Shown here one piece after another: positions 8,090 through 15,757 of a DNA stretch of 27,568 bases. The translations under genes were made by a program, and so were the position numbers. Source of the DNA: Thermoanaerobaculia bacterium (GTDB taxonomy: Bacteria > Acidobacteriota > Thermoanaerobaculia > UBA5066 > Gp7-AA6); assembly GCA_035602095.1 (NCBI GenBank), contig DATNMZ010000493.1, positions 1 to 27,568 of the forward strand, given 5' to 3'. Positions within the stretch are counted from its first letter, which is position 1; every line of letters begins with the position of its first letter. Below the pieces are notes generated by a model, which made no database searches, had not been told where the DNA came from, and saw only the letters and a program-made list of their open reading frames with translations.

Positions 8090-9144
8090 CCCGGGAGCCG
8101 GCCCGGGACAGGAGCGCTGTGGCGGATTTCACCGAACTGATCGACCTCGCCGCGGAACGCGTGGGCGGCGCGGTCCTGGCCGCCAACGACGAGTTCTTCG
8201 CTGGCAAGGAGAACCTGTTGAAGTCCGAGAAGCCCGTCTTCCGAGAGGGCGAGTACACGGACCGCGGCAAGTGGATGGACGGCTGGGAGACGCGGCGCCG
8301 GCGAACGCCCGGTCACGACTGGTGCGTCGTTCGGCTCGGTCTTGCTGGAATCCTGCACGGTTTCGTGGTCGACACGACTCACTTCCGGGGCAACGCGCCG
8401 GAGGCATGCTCGATCGACGCGTGCGAGGCCGCGACGCTCGACCCCGAGTCCCCGGGGAACGCGACCGTCCCGTGGACGGAGCTCGTCCCGCGTTCGCCGC
8501 TTCGCGCCGACGCGGAAAACCGCTTCCCGGCGGCCGCGCCCCGCCCGTTCACTCATGTCCGCCTGAACATCTACCCGGACGGGGGTGTGGCGCGTCTTCG
8601 GGTCCACGGAGACGTCGCTCCCGACTGGGCCTCGATTGCGCGCGCGGGCGGCGAGCTCGATCTCGCCGCGGTGGAAAACGGCGGACTCGTGCTCGCCGCG
8701 AGCGACGAGTTCTTCGGCTCGCGGCACAACCTGGTGATGCCGGGCCGGGGAACGGGTATGAGCGACGGATGGGAGACGCGCCGCCGGCGCGGCCCCGGGC
8801 ATGACTGGGCGATCGTGCGGCTCGGCCGTTCCGGAACGGTGCGCCGGATCGACGTCGACACGGCGCACTTCAAGGGAAACGCTCCGGGGAGCTGCTCCGT
8901 CGAGGTCTGCCGCGCGCCGGGCGCCGGCTCTTTGCAGCTGACCGAAGCCGGCCGCGCCTGGAAAGAGCTGCTCCCGGAGACGAAACTCCAGCCCCACACG
9001 CTGCACCGTTTCGAACGGGAGCTGCGCTCCGCCGGCGAGGCGACGCACGCGCGCTTGAACATCTTCCCGGACGGAGGCGTGAGCCGGCTCCGCCTCTGGG
9101 CGCCGGCTCCCGCGGCTCCGCCAGCCGCGCCAGGGGGCGAGTGA
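8086..9144 (+). CDS. alc: Allantoicase
   Basis: Two internal repeats, each with DEFF...DGWETRRRR..GHDW.(V/I)VRLG and RLNI(Y/F)PDGGV(A/S)RLR; GTGA overlap with the allB stop. Confidence 0.95.
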   Translation: MTREPARDRSAVADFTELIDLAAERVGGAVLAANDEFFAGKENLLKSEKPVFREGEYTDRGKWMDGWETRRRRTPGHDWCVVRLGLAGILHGFVVDTTHFRGNAPEACSIDACEAATLDPESPGNATVPWTELVPRSPLRADAENRFPAAAPRPFTHVRLNIYPDGGVARLRVHGDVAPDWASIARAGGELDLAAVENGGLVLAASDEFFGSRHNLVMPGRGTGMSDGWETRRRRGPGHDWAIVRLGRSGTVRRIDVDTAHFKGNAPGSCSVEVCRAPGAGSLQLTEAGRAWKELLPETKLQPHTLHRFERELRSAGEATHARLNIFPDGGVSRLRLWAPAPAAPPAAPGGE

Positions 9145-9641
9145 GCCTCGCGGCCGCGAGCATCGAGCGGCTGGACGCCCTCCCTCCCGACGCCGCCGAG
9201 CGTGAGCTCCTGGCCTGCTGCGGCTCGCGCGAATGGGCGCGGCAAATGGCGCTCGCCCGCCCGTTTCGGGAGCCGGCCGCTCTCTACCAGGCCGCGGATC
9301 GCATCTGGCGCTCGCTCTCCGAGTCGGACTGGCGCGAGGCGCTGGCCGCTCATCGCCGGATCGGGGACGCGGCCGCGTCCGGCGACGCCGCGGAGGAGCA
9401 ATCCGGAGCTCTCTCGGCGCCGGCATCGATCCGGGAAAGTCTCGCGCTCTCGAACGCCGAGTACGAGGCCCGCTTCGGCCACATGTTCGTCGTTTGTGCC
9501 TCGGGAAAGAGCGGGGAGGAGATGCTGGCCCTTTGCCGGGACCGCCTCCATAATGATCCGAAAGCGGAGCTGCGGCTCGCCGCGCAAGAGCAGCGGAAGA
9601 TCACGCGGCTCCGGCTGGAGAAACTGGCGCGCACGGAATGA
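9141..9641 (+). CDS. uraD: OHCU decarboxylase
   Basis: CCGSREW, AHRRIG (catalytic His), EQSG, NAEYEARFGHMFVVCASG, EQRKITRLRL; GTGA overlap with alc. Confidence 0.9.
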   Translation: MSLAAASIERLDALPPDAAERELLACCGSREWARQMALARPFREPAALYQAADRIWRSLSESDWREALAAHRRIGDAAASGDAAEEQSGALSAPASIRESLALSNAEYEARFGHMFVVCASGKSGEEMLALCRDRLHNDPKAELRLAAQEQRKITRLRLEKLARTE

Positions 9642-9973
9642 CGGCGATCTCGACGCACGTCCTCGATACCGCCCGCGGTCTGCCGGCCGGGGGAATGGCA
9701 ATGCTTCTCGAGGTCCGGGCGGAGGACGGGACCTGGTCGCCGCTCGGGGAGGCCGCCTCGGACGCGGATGGAAGAGCGACGCTGCCCGGCGGGCCGCTCC
9801 GGCGCGCCACGTACCGCCTGACTTTTCGCACGGCCGCGTACTTCGAGGCCCGGCGGGTCGAGGCGTTTTATCCCGAGGTCCAGGTCGTCTTCGACGTTCA
9901 CGACCCTTCGCGGCGGCACCACGTTCCCCTGCTGCTGTCTCCCTGGGGGTATTCGACGTATCGGGGCACCTAG
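9638..9973 (+). CDS. uraH: 5-hydroxyisourate hydrolase (transthyretin-like)
   Basis: ISTHVLDTARGLPA N-terminal signature, FYPEV, HHVPLLLSPWGYSTYRG(T); ATGA overlap with uraD. Confidence 0.93.
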   Translation: MTAISTHVLDTARGLPAGGMAMLLEVRAEDGTWSPLGEAASDADGRATLPGGPLRRATYRLTFRTAAYFEARRVEAFYPEVQVVFDVHDPSRRHHVPLLLSPWGYSTYRGT

Positions 9974-9975
9974 GC

Positions 9976-10809
9976 GTGCTCGCCGAAAACAGCTACGGCA
10001 AGTCCGGGATCCGTCTCGTCAAGGTGATCCGCCGCGAGGGCGGCCACAGGATCCGGGACCTGACCGTCTCCATTGCGCTCGAGGGAGACTTCGAGGCCGC
10101 GCATGTCGCGGGAGACAACTCGGCCGTCCTGCCGACGGACACGATGAAGAACACGGTGTACGCGCTGGCTCGCACGCATCCGGTCGATTCGATCGAGTCC
10201 TTCGCGCTGGAGCTGTCCGCTCACTTTCTCAAGGAAGACGGTCCGGCGTCCGTCGCGCGTGTCGGCATTTCGGAGCGCCCGTGGGAGCCTCTCGCGGGCG
10301 GCTCGGGGGGACCCTCCCACGCCTTCCTCCGGCCGGGGGCCGAGCGAAGGGTGACGCGCGTTGACCGGACCCGCGCCGGGGTCTCCGTCGAATCCGGGAT
10401 CGAAGACCTGACGATCTTGAAATCCGCGGGCTCCGGTTTCACCGGCTACGCCCGGGACCGTTACACGACCTTGAAGGAGACGGAGGACCGGATCCTCGCG
10501 ACCGCGATGGAGGCCCTGTGGCTCTACGAGCCTCGAGAGATCCCCTGGGACCTCGCCGCACGCGCCGTGCGAAGCACGCTTCTCGAGACGTTCGCCGGCC
10601 ACGCGAGCGCCTCCGTCCAGCACACCCTGTACGCGATGGGGCAGGCCGTCCTCGACCGACACGCCGAGGTCTCCCGAATCCGCTTGACGATGCGCAACAA
10701 GCATCACCTGCTCGTCGATCTCTCCCCCTTCGGCCTGGAGAACCCCAACGAGATTTTCGTCGCGACCGAGGAGCCGTACGGCCGGATCGAGGCGACCTTG
10801 AAGAGGTAG
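9976..10809 (+). CDS. pucL: Uricase (cofactor-independent urate oxidase)
   Basis: C-terminal 277 aa of track ORF 9202..10809 from GTG 9976: NSYGKSGIRLVKV, LPTDTMKNTVY catalytic motif, LKSAGSGF, DRYTTL, SVQHTLY, NKH, PYGRIEA. Stand-alone, not fused to uraD. Confidence 0.93.
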   Translation: MLAENSYGKSGIRLVKVIRREGGHRIRDLTVSIALEGDFEAAHVAGDNSAVLPTDTMKNTVYALARTHPVDSIESFALELSAHFLKEDGPASVARVGISERPWEPLAGGSGGPSHAFLRPGAERRVTRVDRTRAGVSVESGIEDLTILKSAGSGFTGYARDRYTTLKETEDRILATAMEALWLYEPREIPWDLAARAVRSTLLETFAGHASASVQHTLYAMGQAVLDRHAEVSRIRLTMRNKHHLLVDLSPFGLENPNEIFVATEEPYGRIEATLKR

Positions 10810-10935
10810 TTGTCAGTTGTCAGTTGTCAGTTGTCAGTCAAGGGTTCTCGGCTGACAGGTGACAGGTGACAGGTGACAGGTGACAGGTCTTTTTCCGGAA
10901 CCGAGAACTGAGAACTGATAACTGATAACTGAAAA
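10810..10935. repeat. Three-block heptamer tandem array filling the convergent uricase / CitE-like gap; possible bidirectional terminator
   Basis: (TTGTCAG)x4 at 10810-10837; (TGACAGG)x5 at 10853-10887 followed by TCTTTTT; (G/T)AACTGA x4 at 10905-10932 plus a degenerate GAACCGA copy. Blocks 2 and 3 are inverted relative to block 1. Confidence 0.9.
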
Positions 10936-12282
10936 CTACTTCCTCCTCGCCTTCAGGATCCGGAGGAAGGAACGCCCGCGGAGCTCGTCTACGGTCAGGC
11001 CGCTCTTTGCGACGGCCTCCTCCTCCGTGATCGCCCCGCAGCTCACGGCGCGGAGAAAGTAGTTCAAGAGTCCCTGGCCCGTCGCGGCGTCGTCGAAGAC
11101 CTCGCCGACGAGCGTCGCCTGTCCCGCCTTCTCCACGAAGTTGTTCAGCCTCGCCGAAGCGGCGGGGAGCCCCTCGAGGAAAAAAGCGTAGAGAGCGGCG
11201 TACCGCGTCGGCAGCTGCGCCGGATGCAGGTCCCACCCCTGGTAGATCCCGCCGACGAGCGAATGGCGGACGTGCTCGTAGTGGAGCTTCCAGGCGGCGT
11301 GCACCGTTTCGCGATTCTGCGCGAGCTCGCGCCGCGTCAGCGTTCGCTCGCCGGAATGGTGCGGCGGGATCGGAAGAACGTTCGTGGCGCCGTCGGAGAT
11401 CCACACGCCCGTGCCCGCGAGCGCGACCTGCATCGCCTCCCGAGCGAAGTCGCAGGCCGGATGAAGCATGTGCTGGTGCGCCGCCGTGATGTTCAAGGAG
11501 GCGGTGTAGTCGTAAATGCCGAAGTGCGCGGCCGAGCACCGTCCGCGCGCCGCGCCCACGAGGGCTCCAATCGCGATGGCGCCGCGCTCGTCGACGACCG
11601 ACTGGGGAGTCTCGACCATGATCTCCAGGCGGAGCGTCCCGGGTGGAATCGGGAGGGCCTTTTCCAGCGCTTCGAGGATGTCCGCCAGGGCCGAGACTTG
11701 GGCCGGCAAAGTCACCTTCGGAAGCGTCACGACGAAGTTGTCGGGGAGTCCGCCGGAATCCTCGACCAGCCGGGTGATGAACAGATCGAGGGTCCGGATT
11801 GTGCGCGACGCGAGCTCGTCGCCGAGCGACTTGATACGGATGCCGATCGACGCCGGGAGAGTTCCGGCCGCCTTTCCGGTCGCGACCTCGCGCGCCGCCG
11901 CCAGGGCGTGGCCGTCCTCCTCCGCGTCGGGGCGGTTGCCGTAGCCGTCTTCGAAATCGATGCGGTAGTCCTCGACCGGCTCCCGGCGGAGCTTCTCGGA
12001 GACCCGGGTCCAGACGAGGGGAGCGAGCGACGGCTCGATTCCCAGAACGCCGGCGAGGGCGTCGGGCGTCGGAGCAAATTCCTCCAGGAAGCGGAGAGCG
12101 AGAGCTCCGAGCCTCGGGGCGGTGTCCGACTGGAAGACCTGCGCACCTCCGTAGACCGTGTGGACGGGCTGTCGGCGCACGGATTCGCCGGGATACTTTC
12201 GCGCGAAGTCCGCGTTGGGCGCCGAAAGGCTCGCGCGGAAGCCCGCGGTCCGATCGGGGTCGATCGTCGTCCGAGGGTTCAT
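10936..12282 (-). CDS. Uncharacterised CitE / malyl-CoA lyase-like Mg-dependent TIM-barrel enzyme (DUF6986-like)
   Basis: Start ATG 12282 after SD GGAGGGAG (448 aa). QPVHTVYGGA, RIDFEDGYG, GIRIKS, VTLPKV, IMVETPQ, HFGIYDY, GWDLHPAQL map onto the CitE-family DxED / R / LPKV / E / FGxxD / HPxQ motifs. The DUF number is from memory. Confidence 0.8.
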   Translation of the reverse strand: MNPRTTIDPDRTAGFRASLSAPNADFARKYPGESVRRQPVHTVYGGAQVFQSDTAPRLGALALRFLEEFAPTPDALAGVLGIEPSLAPLVWTRVSEKLRREPVEDYRIDFEDGYGNRPDAEEDGHALAAAREVATGKAAGTLPASIGIRIKSLGDELASRTIRTLDLFITRLVEDSGGLPDNFVVTLPKVTLPAQVSALADILEALEKALPIPPGTLRLEIMVETPQSVVDERGAIAIGALVGAARGRCSAAHFGIYDYTASLNITAAHQHMLHPACDFAREAMQVALAGTGVWISDGATNVLPIPPHHSGERTLTRRELAQNRETVHAAWKLHYEHVRHSLVGGIYQGWDLHPAQLPTRYAALYAFFLEGLPAASARLNNFVEKAGQATLVGEVFDDAATGQGLLNYFLRAVSCGAITEEEAVAKSGLTVDELRGRSFLRILKARRK

Positions 12283-13100
12283 GCCGTCTCCCTCCAGAAC
12301 TGCTCCAGCAGATTGGCCGCGACTTCCCGGCGGTACCCGGCCGTCGAGCGCACGTCGTCGATGGGCTGGATCTCTTCCACGAGCGCGCTCCGCCCTGCCC
12401 GGATCGATCCGCGCGAGGCGAGCGCGGCCTCGGTCTTCGGAAGCCGGATCACGGTCGGCGCGACCGAGCCCAGCGCCACGCGCGGGCGCTCCGAGCGGAT
12501 CGCCGCCAGGACGACCTTCGAGATCGCCTGCGCCGCCCGGGTGCCGACCTTTCGGAACCACTGCCGGCCTTCCAGGCGGGGGATCTCGATCGCGACGATG
12601 AGCTCGTCCGGCCGCATCACGGATTGGCGGTAGCCGGTGTAGAAAGAGTCAAACGGTATGCGCCGCGTCGCTTCCGCGCTCCGGAGGACGACGACCGCCT
12701 CCGCGACGGCGAGAACGGGCAGCGTGTCGCCCGCCGGCGAGGCGTTCGCCACGTTGCCTCCGATCGTTCCCCGGTTCTGGATCTGCGCGCCGCCGATCTC
12801 CCGGGCCGCGGCGGCGAGGATGGGAAGGCGCTTCTCGACGAGCGGGGAGCGGAGGATGTCCCGGTAGGTGGCCGTCGCCCCGATCGAAAGCGCGCCCTCG
12901 CGAACCTTGATGCGGCGCAGCTCGGCGAGCGGGGAGAGATCGACGAATCGCGTCTGCCGGAGCGTCCCGAAATTCAGATGGACGTAGACGTCGGTACAGC
13001 CGGCGAGCGGAGTCAGGGGGCCGCCGTCGCGGAGCATGACGAGGGCTTCGCGGAGAGAGCGAGGCTCGAGGAGAGTCAGCGAGGAGATGGCCGTGCGCAT
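12279..13100 (-). CDS. Xanthine dehydrogenase family FAD-binding subunit (PucC/CoxM-like)
   Basis: LAGCTDV, IGGAQIQNRGTIGGNVANASPAGD, FRKVGTRAAQAISKV, IDDVRSTAGYR. Confidence 0.9.
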   Translation of the reverse strand: MRTAISSLTLLEPRSLREALVMLRDGGPLTPLAGCTDVYVHLNFGTLRQTRFVDLSPLAELRRIKVREGALSIGATATYRDILRSPLVEKRLPILAAAAREIGGAQIQNRGTIGGNVANASPAGDTLPVLAVAEAVVVLRSAEATRRIPFDSFYTGYRQSVMRPDELIVAIEIPRLEGRQWFRKVGTRAAQAISKVVLAAIRSERPRVALGSVAPTVIRLPKTEAALASRGSIRAGRSALVEEIQPIDDVRSTAGYRREVAANLLEQFWRETA

Positions 13101-13128
13101 GCCGCTCTGTCCTCGAGGCCCGCCGTTT

Positions 13129-13638
13129 TCATCGCCGCGCTCCCGCCGGCTCGAGCTTGCGAGCCGGGGCGTTTCTGCTCCGCCGCGAGGGCGCGCGCCG
13201 CTTTCGGGGCGCCCTCGCCGCCTTTCGGACCGCCCGGTAGATCCCCTCGTACCCGGTGCAGCGGCAGATGTTTCCGGCGAGCCCGATCCGAATTTCCTCC
13301 AGGCCCGAGTCGCGCGGCAACGCCGCGGCGGCGAGAATCATCCCGGGAGTGCAGATCCCGCACTGGGCTCCGCCTTCGGAGACGAACGCCTGCTGGAGCG
13401 CCGCCTTCCCCCTCAGACCTTCGATCGTCGTCACGCGGGCGCCCCGCACCTGCGCGAACGGGATGAGGCAGGAGTTCACCGGTTCGCCGTCCACGAGCAC
13501 GGTGCACGCCCCGCACTCGCCCTCCCCGCACCCTTCCTTGGTTCCCGTCAGGCCGCACTCTTCCCGCAGCACGTCCAGGAGACGCTTCATCGGGTGCGTC
13601 CGGACCTTGACCGGCCGCCCGTTCAACGAGAAGCGCAC
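13129..13638 (-). CDS. Xanthine dehydrogenase family 2x[2Fe-2S] subunit (PucE/CoxS-like)
   Basis: C-terminal 169 aa of track ORF 13129..15489 from GTG 13638: GTKEGCGEGECGACTV, NSC, QCGICTPG, GNICRCTGY. Overlaps the end of the large subunit. Confidence 0.9.
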   Translation of the reverse strand: MRFSLNGRPVKVRTHPMKRLLDVLREECGLTGTKEGCGEGECGACTVLVDGEPVNSCLIPFAQVRGARVTTIEGLRGKAALQQAFVSEGGAQCGICTPGMILAAAALPRDSGLEEIRIGLAGNICRCTGYEGIYRAVRKAARAPRKRRAPSRRSRNAPARKLEPAGARR

Positions 13639-15731
13639 GAAGCTTCCAGGATCCTCTCCGGCGTGGCCGGGATCCGGCGGATGTCGAGGCCCAGATGGCG
13701 GATCGCATTCACGACGGCCGGCGCGGGCCCGTCGATGGGCATTTCGCCGATCCCCTTGGCGCCGTGCGGGCCGTGCCGGTACGGGTTCTCGAGGATCACG
13801 GAATCGATCGGCGGAGTGTCGAGTGTCGTCGGAACCACGTAGTTGGTCATCTGCGCGTTCTCCATCCGCCCGTCGCGCAGAACGACTTCCTCGAGCAGGG
13901 CATAGCCAAGTCCTTGAGCCGTTCCCCCCTCGATCTGGCCGGCGGCGAGGACCGGGTGGATCGCCCGGCCGATCTCGCAGACGGCGGTCACGCGGACGGG
14001 CCGGACCTCGAAGGTGACGGGGTCCCGCTCGACTTCCACGACGTTGCAGCCCCATCCGTAGGCGCCGTAGGCGTCGCCCCGGTACGTCTCGTCGCTCCAT
14101 TCGAGCTCGCGCGGCTTTTCGTATTCGCGCGTCACCACGAGCGGTCCGTGGAGCTTGCGGTACCGGCGCGGGGACATCGTGCCGAGGCGCGCCTTCATTT
14201 CGAGCGCGCAGTTCTCGAGAATCTTTCCGACGACCATGCATGTCCGAGAGGCGACGGTCGGGCCGCTGTCGGGAACTCGCGCGGTGTCGGCCTCGGAGAC
14301 CTCCACGCGGTCGTACGGGATCCCGAGCGCGTCGGCCACGATCTGCGCATGGATCGTCCGCGTTCCCTGTCCGATCTCCGTGGACGCGACGAGAATGCGA
14401 GCGCCTTCGTCCGTCAGCTCGAGAGAGGCGCGCGAGGCGAGCTTCACCTCGCCCCCGCCCGTAAACCCCGAGCCGTGGAAGAAGAGGGACAGCCCGATCC
14501 CCCGATTCGTCCCGGCGAGGCTCTTCCGGAGGCGGCGAAAGCCGCTCCTCTTCACGGCCTCCCGGAGCACGGCCCGCGCGCTGCAGTCCTCTCCGAGCTT
14601 CTGTCCGGTGGCGGTGGTATCTCCGGGCTTGAACGCGTTGACTTCCCGCAGCCGCACGGGGTCCATTCCGAGGGTCTCCGCGATCCGCTCCATGTGGACT
14701 TCCGAAGCGAACTGCGTCTGCGGCGCTCCGAACCCCCGAAACGCGCCGTTCGGCGGGGTGTTCGTCCGAACGACCCGGCCGCGCACGCGGACGTGATCGC
14801 AACGGTACGGGCCCGTCGCGTGGAGCACGCCGCGCGACAGAACGACGGGAGAAAGCGTCACGTACGCCCCTCCGTCCATCCGCACGTCGATGTCCATCGC
14901 GACGATCTTTCCGTCGCGCCGGACGCCGGTGCGATGTCGGACGACCGCCGGATGCCTCTTCGTGGTGGCGACCATGTCTTCGACGCGGTCGTAGATCATC
15001 TTGACGGGCCGGTTGGCCTTCCACGCGAGGATCGCCGCGTGCCCGGCGAGGATCGACGGATATTCCTCCTTGCCCCCGAACCCGCCCCCCGTCTCGGTCT
15101 GGACGACGCGGACCTTCTGCGCGGGCAGCCCGAGCAGAGTGACGAGCGCCCGGTGAACGTAGTAGGGGCACTGGAGGGAGCCGTAGACGGTGATTCCGCC
15201 ATCCTCGGGGACCGCGATCACGCCGTTGGGCTCGATGTAGAGCTGCTCCTGGTGTCCGGTCCGATACTCCCCCTCGACGACGAGGTCCGCGAGGGAGAAG
15301 CCGCGGTCGAGAGAGCCCTTTTCGATCCGGATCTCCTTGAACACGCGCGGCGACTTCTCCGGGTCGAAAACGGGAGGCGTGGGCTCGTACTCGATCTCGG
15401 CGCGGGCCGCGAGAAGCGCTTCCCGGACCGGGTGGGCGACGAGCAGGATCGGCTCCGCGAAGTGACGCACGTGCCGTTCGACGAGACACGGCTGATCGTC
15501 TTCGATCAGGGCGACGACGTTTTTCCCGGGGATGTCTCGGAAATCGGCGACGACGTACCCCGAAGTGTCGAAGCCCGGGCGCAGGGATCGGATCTCTCCG
15601 CAGGGGATGGTCGAGCGGATCGTCGTCCCGTGCAGCATGCCGGGGAAGGAGAGATCGTCCACGTACCGGGCGGCGCCCGTGACCTTGGAGCGCCCTTCCT
15701 TGCGGGGGACGTTACGTCCGACGGACGGCAT
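13623..15731 (-). CDS. Xanthine dehydrogenase molybdopterin-binding subunit (PucD-like)
   Basis: KVTGAARY, GHQEQLYIE, GGGFGGKEE, AFRGFGAPQ, FHGSGFT, GQGT, GPTVASR, QIEGG, GAKGIGE. By eye the equivalents of bovine XDH Q767, E802, R880, F914, F1009 and E1261 are present. Confidence 0.88.
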   Translation of the reverse strand: MPSVGRNVPRKEGRSKVTGAARYVDDLSFPGMLHGTTIRSTIPCGEIRSLRPGFDTSGYVVADFRDIPGKNVVALIEDDQPCLVERHVRHFAEPILLVAHPVREALLAARAEIEYEPTPPVFDPEKSPRVFKEIRIEKGSLDRGFSLADLVVEGEYRTGHQEQLYIEPNGVIAVPEDGGITVYGSLQCPYYVHRALVTLLGLPAQKVRVVQTETGGGFGGKEEYPSILAGHAAILAWKANRPVKMIYDRVEDMVATTKRHPAVVRHRTGVRRDGKIVAMDIDVRMDGGAYVTLSPVVLSRGVLHATGPYRCDHVRVRGRVVRTNTPPNGAFRGFGAPQTQFASEVHMERIAETLGMDPVRLREVNAFKPGDTTATGQKLGEDCSARAVLREAVKRSGFRRLRKSLAGTNRGIGLSLFFHGSGFTGGGEVKLASRASLELTDEGARILVASTEIGQGTRTIHAQIVADALGIPYDRVEVSEADTARVPDSGPTVASRTCMVVGKILENCALEMKARLGTMSPRRYRKLHGPLVVTREYEKPRELEWSDETYRGDAYGAYGWGCNVVEVERDPVTFEVRPVRVTAVCEIGRAIHPVLAAGQIEGGTAQGLGYALLEEVVLRDGRMENAQMTNYVVPTTLDTPPIDSVILENPYRHGPHGAKGIGEMPIDGPAPAVVNAIRHLGLDIRRIPATPERILEASCASR

Positions 15732-15757
15732 TCTCGGAGCGGATCATTCCCGTCGGA

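Noticed and set aside
9202-10809. Apparent 535-aa uricase fusion (like B. subtilis PucL)
   Set aside because: The first 258 codons are off-frame to uraD and uraH, which are intact separate genes; only the part from GTG 9976 is uricase.
13129-15489. Apparent 786-aa Fe-S protein or frameshifted Xdh fusion
   Set aside because: The upstream part is an alternative frame of the Mo subunit; both subunits are complete with their own starts and stops.
13623-15731. Xdh-family enzyme as uracil/thymine dehydrogenase (oxidative barbiturate route)
   Set aside because: No barbiturase or ureidomalonase in the window, the reductive route genes are present, purine-binding residues are conserved, and uricase needs a urate source.
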